The notes below the pieces were generated by a model. The model saw nothing but the letters and a program-made list of their open reading frames with translations. It was not told the DNA's origin and ran no database searches. A stretch of DNA of 46,530 bases, the filler included, from Sphacelaria rigidula (Eukaryota), in the NCBI GenBank assembly GCA_964200075.2. It is 2 parts of 2 records of this genome, joined end to end, with 100 filler letters (N's around TTAATTAATTAA, not from the genome) between each part and the next. Parts side by side here need not be neighbours in the genome. Positions count along the whole stretch, not along the records: positions 1 to 23,219 come from CAXNAA020000275.1; 1 more part is not named here. One strand, 5' to 3'. Shown one piece after another: positions 1 through 12,866 of the stretch (its first letter is position 1; every line of letters starts with the position of its first letter). The translations under genes and the position numbers were made by a program.

Positions 1-3000
1 CCCGAACATCAGGCACTGTATGGCCATTTTTTTCGTGACACTTTTAGCTGGCTTTGGGGAGGGGAGCTATCGTAGAAAGTGTCAGCCCTTCCATGGGAAT
101 CTCCGCCTCTTCGGGTTCTGTCTGTTGTGTTTCGATTGGGCCTGGAAATGTCTACCGTGTGTTGTGAATCTATTGGCCTACTCCCACCAGGTACTTCACA
201 AGAGGGGGCACGGCTACACGGTCGGCAGTTCTCTCAAGCTGCGGGTTTGTTGTCGCTGCCGGCATATGCACTGCGCTTCGGCACGTGTCTGTACCTTGTC
301 TCGCTGTACACTGACGCGCTCGACATCGGTCGTAAATTGTAGCCTGTGCTAAGGTGCGCATTGCTTTTTGGGGGTGAACAAAAGCTAGCTGCCGCTTCCG
401 TCTCTTTTCCGTTTGTTGACACGACACCCCTCGCCAGCCGAAGACAGTCAGTAACTGAAATATGCAATCTTTTTCGGACTACCTGTTTTTTTGCCCCGCA
501 GTGAGTTAATCGCCCGTCATCTTAGAAGCTGTGTAACCGCCGCGTGATTGTGGGATGGGCTCTCCATGGATTGGTATAGTGGTGGTCGGAATGACAAGAA
601 ATTTCCCGATATTGAACGGCCAACAGCCAAAAGATAACAGAGAGTGCGGTGACGTGTACATGTTTTGGAGCTGGCCGAGAATCTGCGCGGTCAGGCACTT
701 TGATAGCCAAAAACGGGTGAAGTAGTCGTAATAAATTGTTCAAGGCCAAATTGAGTCGTCACCAGCAGATACACCGCACGTGCCTTTCGCCGGAATCCGT
801 TGGCGGCGTGATTCGGCCGATAAGGCCGCTGCGTTTGTTGCATTTCTGAAGTGGGTTTTCAGCTTTACCGTTCTTTGGCGATAGTTCAGGCGGTTTACTG
901 GGTTCTGGCGATTGCCCGAAGTGCTTCCCCCCTCTGCCGTGGAATGCATCCTTTGCTATTCGGGCGCCTCAGCCTGCTACGCTGTCCGTAGCGCCACCTT
1001 GCCGTGCTGATGTGGACCCGTCTGTTCCAAAGACCTTTGCCCCTCTAGTCTCAGCATATTTTACCCCTTAGTGCATGACCGTCTCCAATAAATATCACGA
1101 ATCATGCAACACAAATATTGCAAAATGCCTCTATATTTCCGAAGACCTGTTTGATGCACGAGTAGAACTTGCCAGCCAACACCGTTCTAGGCCAAAGTTG
1201 TGCCCATAAACTGAGTAAACAATGTGATATTTGCTGGTTGTGCTTTCAAACTCCCCTCTCATTGATTCACGAGAAGGATGTAGCACACCGGCGCTGAATG
1301 ACGTCGGTGGCTCCGTGTCTTAGCCTTCACAACCCATGTTGAATTGTATGTTGGCTTTGTATCGGTAGATATATCGTCTACTTCCATGCGCGTTGTTCGT
1401 GTGTGCTGTGCGTGTCAATTTCTTGCGCTTGTTGTGCACAGTCTGCTGTAGCCGGTCGAGGGAATATTTCTGCCCGAACCTCGGCGATAGAACAATCAAA
1501 ACGCCCCTCAACGACACAAGTACAGTACGTACAAGCCCTACCGAATACGCCTCGGCGTTCAGCGGTTGAGCAACAACTTTTTGTGCTGACAGTATACACA
1601 TGTAGTCCAACAATTTTCACTCTCGTCCTGAGATGACAAAGCACTGCTGATCGGATATCCATAACGCGCGCCATATGTGTGGCAGTGCCCTTTTCATGTA
1701 GGCGTTGTCCCTCCGCCGAAAGCAACCTTTCGGAACCCACTCAAGAGGCTCTGAATACAGGGCACACAACGTGATATGTAGTTTCATATGTCAAAACATG
1801 CCTAAGGGATGCCGGCACTGCCTCGAAAGTACCAAGACTTCGAACGCGTAAGCAGCGAGTATGCTGTCCGCATAAATCGCGTAGGAAGGGTTCAGCGAAA
1901 CCGTACATCGACTTGACTTGGTTCGAAATCCATCAAAGGTTCTTGTGCACGAATATTTAAAATATGCTCAATATCCACGTCTTCATATCATTAGGCTTGC
2001 TTTGTCACTTGACAAGCACACCTGTGATGCGCACCCCGTGAATATTGACGATGCGAAAATGACAGTACACGAAGATCTGCATGTTGGAATCACAGCTGTG
2101 AACTATTTCTCACGACGGATCTTGTTCTATGAGGCTATCGCACGGCTAGACACGCATGAGCGAAGATTCTACCCAGCGCCAACAGGTAAGCAAGACGTCT
2201 CTGCGGTGTCTGGTGAAGGCTCCATTGAGATGTTACCTGGTGGTCTGCGATGCGGCATCATCAACGCTTCATGGATTGCTCCATGTTCTTCATTTTCCCA
2301 GGAAACAGCGACGATCATCACCCAACCAATACGGAAGAACGCGGTATACAGCAGGCAGGCAGGATAGGCAAAATAGTCACAACAGCACGGCAATGAATAC
2401 CCACATTAAGCACACTGTCGACAATGCTGCAGGGTGGGTGTGTTGCCCCCGTGCTGAGAAGGCCGTCGGCGGCAGCAGCAAAAGCGTGGTAATGCCGTAC
2501 CTCCGTTCATGTACACCGCCTACCGTCATGAGCACGGTGGTGTGCAGTTGCTGTAAGATATGTCAGCTTTCCCTTGGCAGAAATGACGGTCGTACCCTGG
2601 GCAAGCTGTGGATCGCGAGCGATAAAGAGGATCACGAGTGCAGTGGGCGGCGTGCGTATTAGTAATCCGGAGGGTGGCGCTGGCTTAATCGGCTGCGATT
2701 ATCGGCGTGTGTAGTGTAAGCAAGCGAGTGGCGGGGCGCGGCTTCGATGCGAGGGCTGAATCAGATGGCGAAGACGATGACAGTACAACCCTCGGTGCAG
2801 ATATTCAACTGCACGGGCACACGATGCAAGAGATAATCGCCCGCCACAATTAACGTTCCTCGGGGTTTCTTCGCGGGCGATGAAATGGGATCGGAACGGC
2901 TGCAGGTATGTCTCTTCCAGCACTATGTGTGTTTCCCTAGTTTGCGCAATGCATACCGGGTATGGTAAGACAAGATGATGTATCTTCGGAGTTTTTGGCG

Positions 3001-5599
3001 TTGGAAATCCCAGTCCAGGCCGGTGGAATTGTATGTTTTACAGGGACAGTAGGTAAGGAATCATAAGTGCATAGTCAGTACCATCCCGGTTATGGCTACC
3101 GTCTATCAGGTAGAATACAGTACAGTATAGTAAAGTGCGGCGCCCTACAGATCGAGGTACAAGGTGACTGCAAATATTTCTGCAGCGCAGCGCAGTGCAG
3201 TGTAGTATGCCCTCTGCATAGAACAAGTGCATGCACTACGCCCTTGTGCTGACACGAAGCTACAAACTACAGCGATCAATACAAAGTACACCGACCTTTC
3301 AGACACGTACCACACCCGCCAACCTCGATACCGCCAGCACTTATTGAACTGGCACTCATTTCTCCAGTAACTGTAGTTCACTGTGCGGGGGTACAGTGTA
3401 TCCTCAGGAACCACCACGTGAAATCACAACGCATGTTCTGAGTCTGCGCGAAGCCCTCCTATTACTATTACAGTTGCTACCTGGCGCGCAGTGGTCACTG
3501 CTACTATTTTCCCGTGGTTTCGAACATTCCCTGCTGTTTTGCATGTTGTCCCTCCGAATCACTGTGGGTAGACACGTCTGGCGGCGACCTGGGCCACCGG
3601 ACGCAAGCTTAAGTGGGGGACTTATGGCTTTGGCGGAGACGGCGAATGCTACCATCCTGGCACGGATGTTTGAGGCATTTGCTGCTGAGGGGGTTCTGAG
3701 CCGCATCCGGGCACCGATCAATAGGCGGCGCTCTACCTGTCCTCCTCAACCTCTTCTGGACCTAGCACATGATTTACCCACGGCTGGCGTGACACAGCTC
3801 GATCCTCAAGATACCAGCTTTTATGTGATGCACATATGGTACGCGTTACTTTTGAATAAATACCTGGACTGTGTGGGGCGTGGGTATTGCTCAAAAACTG
3901 CGTCTGCTCCATGACCATGGAGAGGGGTACTCTACTCGCGAAGCATGGAGAGGGGGGGGGAGATGGAGCACTAAACGCCGGTTGGTCGAGTCGACGGCGG
4001 CGCTTTGTTCGGTCGCAAGTTTCTCATCGGGCTGCGTGTTCCCGCGGCGGTATACTGTCACCGCACGGTCACCTTCTCAGCATGGGCACAGTCGTGCAAA
4101 GCAGCAATAATCACAGATATGCGTTCCGGAAGCACAGGGCTGCGCGGCAACATATTACTCAACCTTGTAACACTGCACTCACTGTCATTCGCTCAAATGC
4201 GCTGTTGCATTTCGCTTGGAAATATTTTGTGGAGATTTTTCGTACAAATTCACGTGACTGTTTGCGACCGACAATAACAAGTGTCGCTGAAATCGGCAGC
4301 CGGCGATGTTGATACATGTGTATTGAACCGGCTTGCCCAACCACACACCTATCCACGCTGCAATGTAAACCAGGAAGCGGAACAGAGGGCGTTGGCTGCT
4401 CCGTTACAAGGGCGAAGCAAGCAGGTGAGGCCGCTCACCGTGTATCAATAATCTCGAACAACCACCCGCGGCGAGGTAGGCACTTCGACGTTAACACCCC
4501 AAATAAGAAAATAATAATGATACAATTGGCGGAACGACACAGATGCCTCAAATATGCAAAAAGAAACATGCCGCGTGCTACGTTCTGGCTGTGTTCCGTC
4601 AGACCGCACGAGGAGAAAATGCAGGTATACAAATGGCGAACCAGTGTAGACGCCTGAAACTTACAACAGCAACAACAAAAGCATGCGCAACGTTCTGCCT
4701 GAGTTCCAACTCACAGCACCACCAGCACCGACCGGCTAACACCAGTGCATGTATGACCTCTGGAACGAAAACGGACCCGTCGCGATTCTCGTCACTTCCT
4801 CGGTGGCGACAAGTTTTTCACTGGGGCCGACGGCGAGGATGGGATCAGATGAGTGCTCTCCCTCATACCGAACTGTTTTGCAGGACGAGAGCAGGGCGTG
4901 CCAGAAAAACGACTCGGTATCGGTTGGATCACTACGGACGAGGGCGACTTTATCCTTGACCAATAACTATGCCCCCAGAGGTCCATCGACCAATGGAGTG
5001 TACCCAAGTTAACAATGCTACGGTAAGGGTGCACTTCTGACGTTAAACCTTGTCTAGTTCGGGGGCTCCTCAAGATTTTAGATTCATAAGAGTATGGGTC
5101 AGGGCATCCTCGTTTGCCAATGCATTCGAGATATCCCCAGCACATTGGAGAAGTAATCCTGGCGTACTCTTACATATTTTATAAGTCGTGTTTTGGATGA
5201 GACAAAGGGCTCCTCACAAGCCTAACCTCAAAAAATAGTAGTGCTCCCCTACCCTAGCATCACTCAACCCGTCGACAAATCACATGGCTCAGAAGTATTT
5301 GGTTTCAGCCTGAGCAATCACTCTCGGATTCTCTGAAGGCTGACAGTACCAGGCGCTTGCCAGCGTTGGCAGCACGGGTGTCAGTTTCAATCGGGGCCGC
5401 ACGCTCCGCTTTGAGTCTGCCTACGCACACTTTGCCTACATCACCTCGCACACCGTCCTTTCACGATGCTTCTCGGTATGACTCGGGTTGAGTTTGACTG
5501 ACTTGGAGTTAAGGATACGTTTTGACCCAAACTAACTTTTGCCCTTGGATTTTGGCAATATATTGGGCACCATGTACCTCCAACAGGCGTTCCCAAGGT

Positions 5600-5860
5600 C
5601 AAACGTCGTTTGCCTGGACATGGATCTTTCTGCTCGTGAAGAGCATGAGTAGAGATAGATATGGTGGTAATTTCTGCGACAACTTTCTCGGGGAGCTTAT
5701 ATTCCTGGCAGACCTGTCGAGTCCCAACCTCTTCAACAGCGTTCGCGAGCTCGGTCGCTGGGCCGCCTCCCCTTTTCCGTGGCACAGGGAAGGACTGCTT
5801 CATCATGTCTATCCGCTACCTCAACGCGACACTCGATGTGTGCCTGCGCTACGGTGCTAC
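5600..5860 (+). mobile_element. Ty1/copia LTR-retrotransposon RT/RNaseH-junction remnant (degenerate)
   Basis: Across a frameshift it reads LGELIFLADLSSPNLFNSVRELGRWAASP..WHREGLLH..IRYLNATLDVCLRYG. This matches the copia consensus pattern GSLMYLA..TRPDIAFAV..LARFMSNP...HW....RILRYLKGT.DLGL.Y. No LTRs were found. Confidence 0.7.
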
Positions 5861-6499
5861 GGGAAGTTTTCGAAAACTAACCGTACTCAGACTAGGCGAA
5901 TGCCACGGGACCGCGCAGAGACGTACCGGCCTGTGTACTGTTGTCCCTGAAGGAAGCTAACCAATGCTTCGAAAAACCAATATGTGAGAGCTCATCGTTT
6001 GTGAGAGCTCATCATACTGCAAAGTTTTGAGTCCGAATAGACGGCTATGGTGCGGGGGTATGAATCACGGTATGTACATTGATTCGCTGATCGATCGATT
6101 ATTTGATTGCCGCACTCTCAGTGATTCCCGAGGTAGTCATGATCCAGCCGCGGTCATTATCCACACGATGAAAGTACACGAGAGAAAAAAAAATAGAAAC
6201 ACTCGCTGAAGAATAGTGAAGGAAAAATAGAAGGGGCAGAGTAGGCTAAGAAACGACATGAGAGCAGAAAAAATGAAGAAAGACCAGAACAGAACAAGGA
6301 CCCCCCCCCGACTATGGCATGCAAGATCATGAGTACACTCCCCCCTCCCCCTACGGCCTTCGCCACATGGCTCGGCGGAGGAGGTCTGGCGCAAAACCAC
6401 ACTCGCACCCAATCGTGTAAAACAAAAGCGGTGGGAACAGTTCGCGGTTCATCTATTCCGACCTCACTGTTTTGGGTTTGAAGTTGTCATCTATGAACC

Positions 6500-9400
6500 C
6501 CCCGGAGACGAGGTACCAAACTGCTACTTACATACACCGGAAGGAACGAACACACAAATAGAGAGATGGGAACGGAAGAGAGCGAAAAAAGAGGCTACAA
6601 AAGTGATGAAGCCCAAGAGACAGTACAGTAGAGTAGGTGTAGCCACACAGCAGGAAGCGGTGCAGAACCACCGGCCAAGGACAAAATTATCAACCAGTAC
6701 GGGAAGACAGGAGTACATCAGTTATCGTGATGGCCCATTTTTTCGCGTTCATTCCTAACTTGGTACGAAGCGGACCATTCTCTTGGTCATTTCCATCTCG
6801 AACTCCTCGCGAGCTGTTGTTGCTCTTGTGCTAGCGAGGGCGGTTCTCCGATTGGCGGCTCTCGCCGCTGCAGCCTCTCGTTTGTGACTGCGGTCCGATT
6901 CTCGTTGATCTTCGCGTCGCTTCGTGTCCTTTCACGCTTCTGCCCTTTTCTCAACTCCAAGATGCCATCTAGCCATGTTCTTCGCCGCAGTGACCCAATC
7001 GTGTGCGCCGTTTGACGAACCATTTCCGTCTCGTACTTTGCGTGGAGGAGCCCCCAGTGCACGTAGGTTCTCCTCGAGGTTGTCCCCCCAGTGCTCGAGG
7101 GGCTGCCATCCCCCTTGGGCCCTTGTGCGGCTAGCCGCCCGTGCATGATTCATTGGGGGAGGCGTCTCACGTCCTGCCGGGCAAGGGCTTTCGCGAACCA
7201 GATTTGACGCTTTCGGATAGTCGTCTCGATCCGTTCGTGGTTGGTCATCACGACCACGGCTCTGCAAGCGTCTTGTAGCTCGTGCGATCTTTCCTGCAGA
7301 ATCGAACTACTCGTAGCAGAAGCTTGTGATGGGGCGTACGTAGACTGTCAGAAGCACTCAGAACGGAACGTCCGTACGGCACATCCGTCCAACAGCGTGT
7401 GTCCACCACCCCCGCATTGAGCAGCTGGACTTTCAAGGATTGCTGAGCGTTTGGTCGATCGTCGAGTTGGGAGCTGTACTTTCGGAGACGTGTCCACGCC
7501 GCGCTGATGCGGTGGTTGATTTCGATAAATACATTCGCACCCACGCTGACAGCACCAAGTTAAACAGACTTGGCCGTCTGCTCATGCCATTGACCGGTCG
7601 CGCTGATGTGCGGTGCGGTATCTGTGGAGCTAGACACTGACCACAAGCGGATGGGCTTTGTTTTGCTCCCCGATACCGTCAATCCGAACCCCTGGCAGGT
7701 GATCACTACCACTACCATCATTCTAGCAAGGCCGTCTGGGGTCCTCGAGTCTGTGCCGGCGTCATCCGCATAACGCATTACCCACACCGCGTGTCGCACC
7801 ATTTCCATCGGCGTCTCTTCCAGGAGTTTACCGTCGTCACCGTTTGGCGCACCGTCTAGAAAAATCAAGCATGAGGCGATCACTGGGTCCGCCGCAAACC
7901 GCTGTACGATCACGTCGACCAAGGCTGCACCGAAGATGTTGGTGCAGACAACAATGAGGAGTCCCTGGCAGTCGTGAAACACGCTGTACCCGAGCTGGCA
8001 TGCCGTCGTGAAACAAAACATACGGATGGTCGTGGTCATCAACGGCGGGACTCCGAACCGAGCAAGCACTTCCCGCAGGAGCGTGCGGCCTACGGAATCG
8101 GGGGCTTGCCGCAGGTCGATGGAGCACATGTTTAGTGGGACATTGCTTGCCCGTCCCTATTCCTGTAGTCGGCGTACTGCGAACATCATGTCGATAGTCG
8201 ATCGCTGGCGTGTATATCCGCACTGGATTTCCGGGAAGATATTTGTTTCCTCGCATCATTGGCCGAGCCTATTGGCTGCGATCTTCAGGAGAACTTCAGC
8301 AGCATATTCCACGAGTGAAATGCCCCTGTAGTTTACACACTCGACCCCATCCTTCTCCTCGTGTAGCACTTTGAACCTGACATGTTTCCACTACTGCGGC
8401 ACCTCATCAGACGTCCAGACCGTAGCGACAATGCTGTGAAAGTGGTACAGAGTCTCCGAAGTCCCCCCGCCGTCCAAGCTCAAAGAGTTGGGCAGGTAGA
8501 CCATCGGGATCCGTCGCTTTGTCGTTCGATATAGCTTTCAGAACCCCCTCAGTTTCGCTTGTGCTTGGCGGGTCTCCAGGTGACAGTGCGGACAGTGCTA
8601 TATGTCCTTCTGCAATGTGCTCGATGACGGCTTGGTCGACGGTTGCCGATATGGAGTCCAGTAATGTGGAGCAAGCACCGTTCCCATCTGTCGCTGATGA
8701 AACTTTTTTCTTGCGGTATGTTCCCGTCCTCGTCCTGAGATGTATTGCTCTCTCTCTCTCCACAGTCTCCACCCTCATTTGAGATGTCTACACTATACTC
8801 TCATATCCCCAACTCGAGTATTCTTCTCCAACTCTCTAGCATACACATTCAGATACGTGTCCAGCCCAACGTGGATCCCCCCTTTGAGCTTTTTGCACGC
8901 TGCTCGCAATGTGCGTCATGCGGATTTATCTCTCGATGGTCCCAATCGCACCGTCGATATCGCCCTTTTCCCCTCATTCCAGGCGCGTTGAAGTTCCGTT
9001 CGGATGGCAGCATCCTCGAACCACCCCGGTATACGTGTCTTTCGGGTCACGCGGGGTACCACCTTTCACCTCTCCAGCGGCACTCGGGAGCACGTCGGCA
9101 AAGTTCGCAGTCAGGGTGCTAATTGTATCGCCAGGTTGACCCGGTTTGAGCTCGCTGATGAAGACCTGGGTGCATTGCTCATGTCTATCGGTATCAGATC
9201 CTACTGGCCGCCTGTCGACTGGTCTGCGCCCAATTGGGATTTGCCGAAGTCTGTTGTGTGCAAAGCGAAGAAGGAACCACACTGAGGTGCACACGATATT
9301 GTGGTCAGAGCCCGGCGAGTTAGGTGGTTGGATGGGAACGGTGACATTGCGAACAAGCCTGCGGTGATCTTGCCGTGTGAGGATGTAGTCAATGCGTATG

Positions 9401-11160
9401 TTGTCCGCGGGACTCTTCGCAATACCGGTGGACGTAGACGATGTGCCTTCCTTGGGGATGGAAAAAAAAATGTTGAGCAGGGCAAGCCTGTTACCACCTG
9501 CAAGTTGTAGTGAAGAGGTGCCGTTACTGTCGTTGGATCGGAATCTCGGCCGTATGACTCCACTATTTTACGTTCCTCCCAGCCTGTTCGTGCCCCAGTC
9601 CTAGCGTTAGCGTCCATTAAAATAGACAGGTGGTGTTTGCTGGGGATGCGTTTTACAATGCTGTCCAACTCAGTCCAAAACAAACCTCTATCCTCCTTCG
9701 AATGTGATGTATCTGTAGGAGGCATTGGCAACTACAAACGTAGCAACATTTGATTTGCCCGCGAGGTTTAAAGTCACCAACTTGAGGCGTTCGCTGATGA
9801 GTGCCCGGGTCCACGTCACCATATTGATGGTCGACTCGCTGACCGCCAACCCGACATCACGTTGGCCAGCCCTTCCCTTCCGCCCCGCAGCAAAAGACAC
9901 GATATCCCGCGGCAACGAACTCGAAGCGGCCCGCTCTTCGTGTCTGCTTTAGTCCGATGGCGTCACACCCCAACCCAATCCCATGTTGGCCAGCCCTTCC
10001 CTCGCTCTCTTCTGCCCCGCAGCAGAAGATACGATGTCCTCGGAGTGGCCCGCCTTTCGCGTCTGCTTCAGTCCGATGGCATCACACCCAGCGCATGACA
10101 TTTTTGTAAAACCATCTCAGCATGGCCAGCTCCGTTTTTCCCGCGACGGACAGAGAACGGACGTTACATATCTCCACTTTGAGCTTCCCTGTACCTGACG
10201 TTGCTCTAGCCTTCTCTACATTTGCACGTCTTCCTCTTTGTCCTGCCATCTTTCACGGTCTGTTTCGCCTTCTTGTTATGCGTGCGACGTTTTGTTTCTG
10301 TCCCTATCCATCTGTGGTAAATCGGTCATGGTACTTGCTTGTGTTTGGGTCTCGCGGCGACAGTGCAGCGTTCCCAGCCCGCATCGGCCGCTAGCTCCAG
10401 TCCGCCGAATCTGGGGGTTTCTCATACGTGTCTCATCTCTGTCAACGTGCTTCCCGTGATGGTGTCCCAACGCCGGTTTAAACCCTGGAGCTACGGGGCT
10501 TAGTCCGGCTCTCAGGACAGGGTAAAACTCTGCAGCTAACACGGGATCTTACAAATTGCGGATGGATCATTTATCGGGGATGAGAAACCCGGAGAATTAA
10601 AATTTTCGTATCCGCACGAAATCTTCGAAATATGGTTCTATTTCCTCACCGACTGATAGCTATTGACAACTGCTACACGCCATAGAAAATTGGATTTCGA
10701 TCACCGAAATGTTGAGGGAATTTTGGGTGTCCGAACGGACGCCAAAATGCTTCTGAAATTGGTTTTTCATCTAGGACCCCAACATTTCGGTGATCGAAGT
10801 CAAAATTTCTATGGCGTGTAGCTATTGTTAATAGCCATCAGCGGGTGAAGAAATGGAACCATATTTCGAAGATGTGAGGATACGAAAAAATTATTTTTCC
10901 GGGTTTCTCATCCCCAATAAAAAATCCATCCCCAATATGTAAGATCCCGTGTTAGCTGCAGGATTGAGCCTGGAGGTCAGCACTGTCGGCATGACCCACT
11001 GCCTAGACTGTGTGTTGCACCACCGTTGATGCGAAACACAGACTGGTCTGTAGGTAATGTCACTCCATTCCACGCGTTGGTTGAGTCGCTGTTGCTGTTA
11101 GCTTACCCTGACACAACCATCCCCAGTCGGACGGCGGTCGGGGGCAGGGAAGACAGTCGT
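6500..11160 (-). mobile_element. Decayed non-LTR retrotransposon (LINE, RTE-like; APE endonuclease + reverse transcriptase), near full length
   Basis: Ordered minus-strand motifs, broken by stops and frameshifts: endonuclease start (EICNVRSLS, ~10170), VGLAV..ISERL..VTL (9688-9915), FWTELD..ILMDANARTG (9201-9731), KATDPDGLPAQL (8407-8778), NYRGISL (~8320), IDLRQAPDSV and YADD (7560-8129), EINHRISAAW..LKVQLL (7248-7544), WVTAAKNMARW (6932-7267). UTR boundaries are approximate. Confidence 0.9.
10530..10961. mobile_element. Foldback/MITE with ~180-bp terminal inverted repeats, apparently nested in the LINE 5' region
   Basis: Left arm ctgcagctaacacgggatcttaca...atcaccgaaatgttg is the reverse complement of right arm caacatttcggtgatcg...tgtaagatcccgtgttagctgcag. 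There is a short spacer and a CTGCAG at both ends. Confidence 0.85.
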
Positions 11161-12707
11161 ATATATATAATTGTATTTTCTGCATGGCTTCGCGGTGAGA
11201 AACTAGAGCTACCGCAGGCCGTAACACCTCGACGCGAGATGAGTGCGTTGCGATCCAAACTACCATGGGCGTAATCGGACGCACAAGGCAAGTGAGCTTG
11301 AAACTCAAGTGTGCACCGGAAGACATTGAGTGAAGGCGGTTCTGCTAGGCTGTTATACTTACAACCGGATGGCTGGTAGACGTTGTCTCCAACCTGAGTC
11401 GATTTTACTGGGCGTATTGGTAGACTAGGTATTTGGGTAAACGCTACACCAATGTTACTTGCTCACGTGTAAGGTATTGTACATACCGTTCTGTTAATAC
11501 TAAAAAATGCGGGGAACGACTCGGAAGCGTCCCTGTTTTTTCCGTTCACGGCAGGAGATACTTCGGGGTAGGTTGGCTCGATGCAAGGGTGAAGGACACG
11601 CATTCTTGACGAGAACAACGTAATATCTTGTGTCCCACCTTTTGCGGCCTTGGCTAACATTGAACCAGATACGTGGGCAACAAATGGTTCGAAGGTCACG
11701 AACGGGGTACGATCGAAGTTCGCCTTGAGAGGTTCTTCGTTTGGGTGAAAAGTTTGCCCCAGCGGGAAAATTGGATCGAAAATACCAAAAGTTGATGAAA
11801 CTAAACCTATGCCAAGGGTGAGATTCGAAAAAGAGATCCCTGAAACCGAAGAGCCTACCCTTGACCAGAAAATAAAAGGCAGCTCGTATTATTCCCTGAT
11901 CATGATAGCGGGTGTGTTCACGTCCACGTGAGATCCAGTTTCCATCATTGTTTTTATTTGTTCTCACTCCTTACTCCTCCCCTTCCTGAGGACGAGTCCG
12001 AGGTCTCGAAGGATCAACCCATGTCCGCCCTGGTCATTGTACCCATGTGTTCTGCGATTAGCTGACGCGCTGATGACACAGTACAGAAACATCATGCTGA
12101 CGCTGCACACATCATGTGCCTCCTGCTTGAAAAATGTAGACAGACCAGAAGCGTTTTTATGGATCGTCTTGCGCCGACAGCTATATTCTACGTTCTTGTC
12201 TCTAACATAAAGTAGGACATCCCGGCTGCTGTTGGATAAAATGAGCACAAATGCTCCACAACAATATAGATGACTACGCAGTATTGGTTCCGGTGAACTA
12301 CAACATCGGTGGCACATTTTCCGGCTGCTGCTGTATGCAGTCGTCATTTCCGATGCTTCCTGGACCCATGTCTGAGTCATCGTCCCTCCCTCATATCTTT
12401 TACCTTTTCATTTTGCTCGAGCTTCCCCTCAGCAAGTATTTGTCGATCTGGAGTACGTCTGCCTTGTGACCATGACTCATCGTGACGGCTCGTGTATCGT
12501 GAGACAACCATTAATAATATTTAGCCATGTGCTCCTTGTACAAGGACTGATGCTGGAGTGCCCCTTACCAACCTGTCTTCAATTTGTGACGGTTGCCGAA
12601 ATCGTTGTTGTTGATATGTGAAGATCGGCAGTGCATTGTGTGTGCCCCATGAAGAAGCGCATTTGCCCGAAACTTCTTATGGAATCCGTTTGAAATCGTC
12701 TGTCCAG

Positions 12708-12866
12708 GGACCTGCAACAAAGACGCTAACCCAGCAGAAGGTGGTGATGATGGTAATCGGAAAGTTGTGGCGTGATGCATCTGAAGACGAAAGGAAGCCG
12801 TTCCACGAAGCCTCCGCGCGACTAAGAGCAGAGGGGGCAGACGAACTATTGGAGACCGTTCGAGCT
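12708..12866 (+). CDS. Exon encoding the C-terminal two helices of an HMG-box
   Basis: ccag| acceptor and |gtgagt donor flank 53 open codons. V..IGKLWRDASEDERKPFHEASARLR matches the HMG-box signature (LGE.WK.LS.EEK.PY...A). Confidence 0.7.

Noticed and set aside
10962-11160. HDV-like ribozyme in the RTE 5' UTR
   Set aside because: Such ribozymes are known in some RTE elements, but I could not build the P1/P2/P3 double pseudoknot from this sequence.
12708-12866. Calling the HMG exon the sex determinant MIN
   Set aside because: Only a partial HMG-box is visible and there is no recognisable orthology or sex-linkage evidence.
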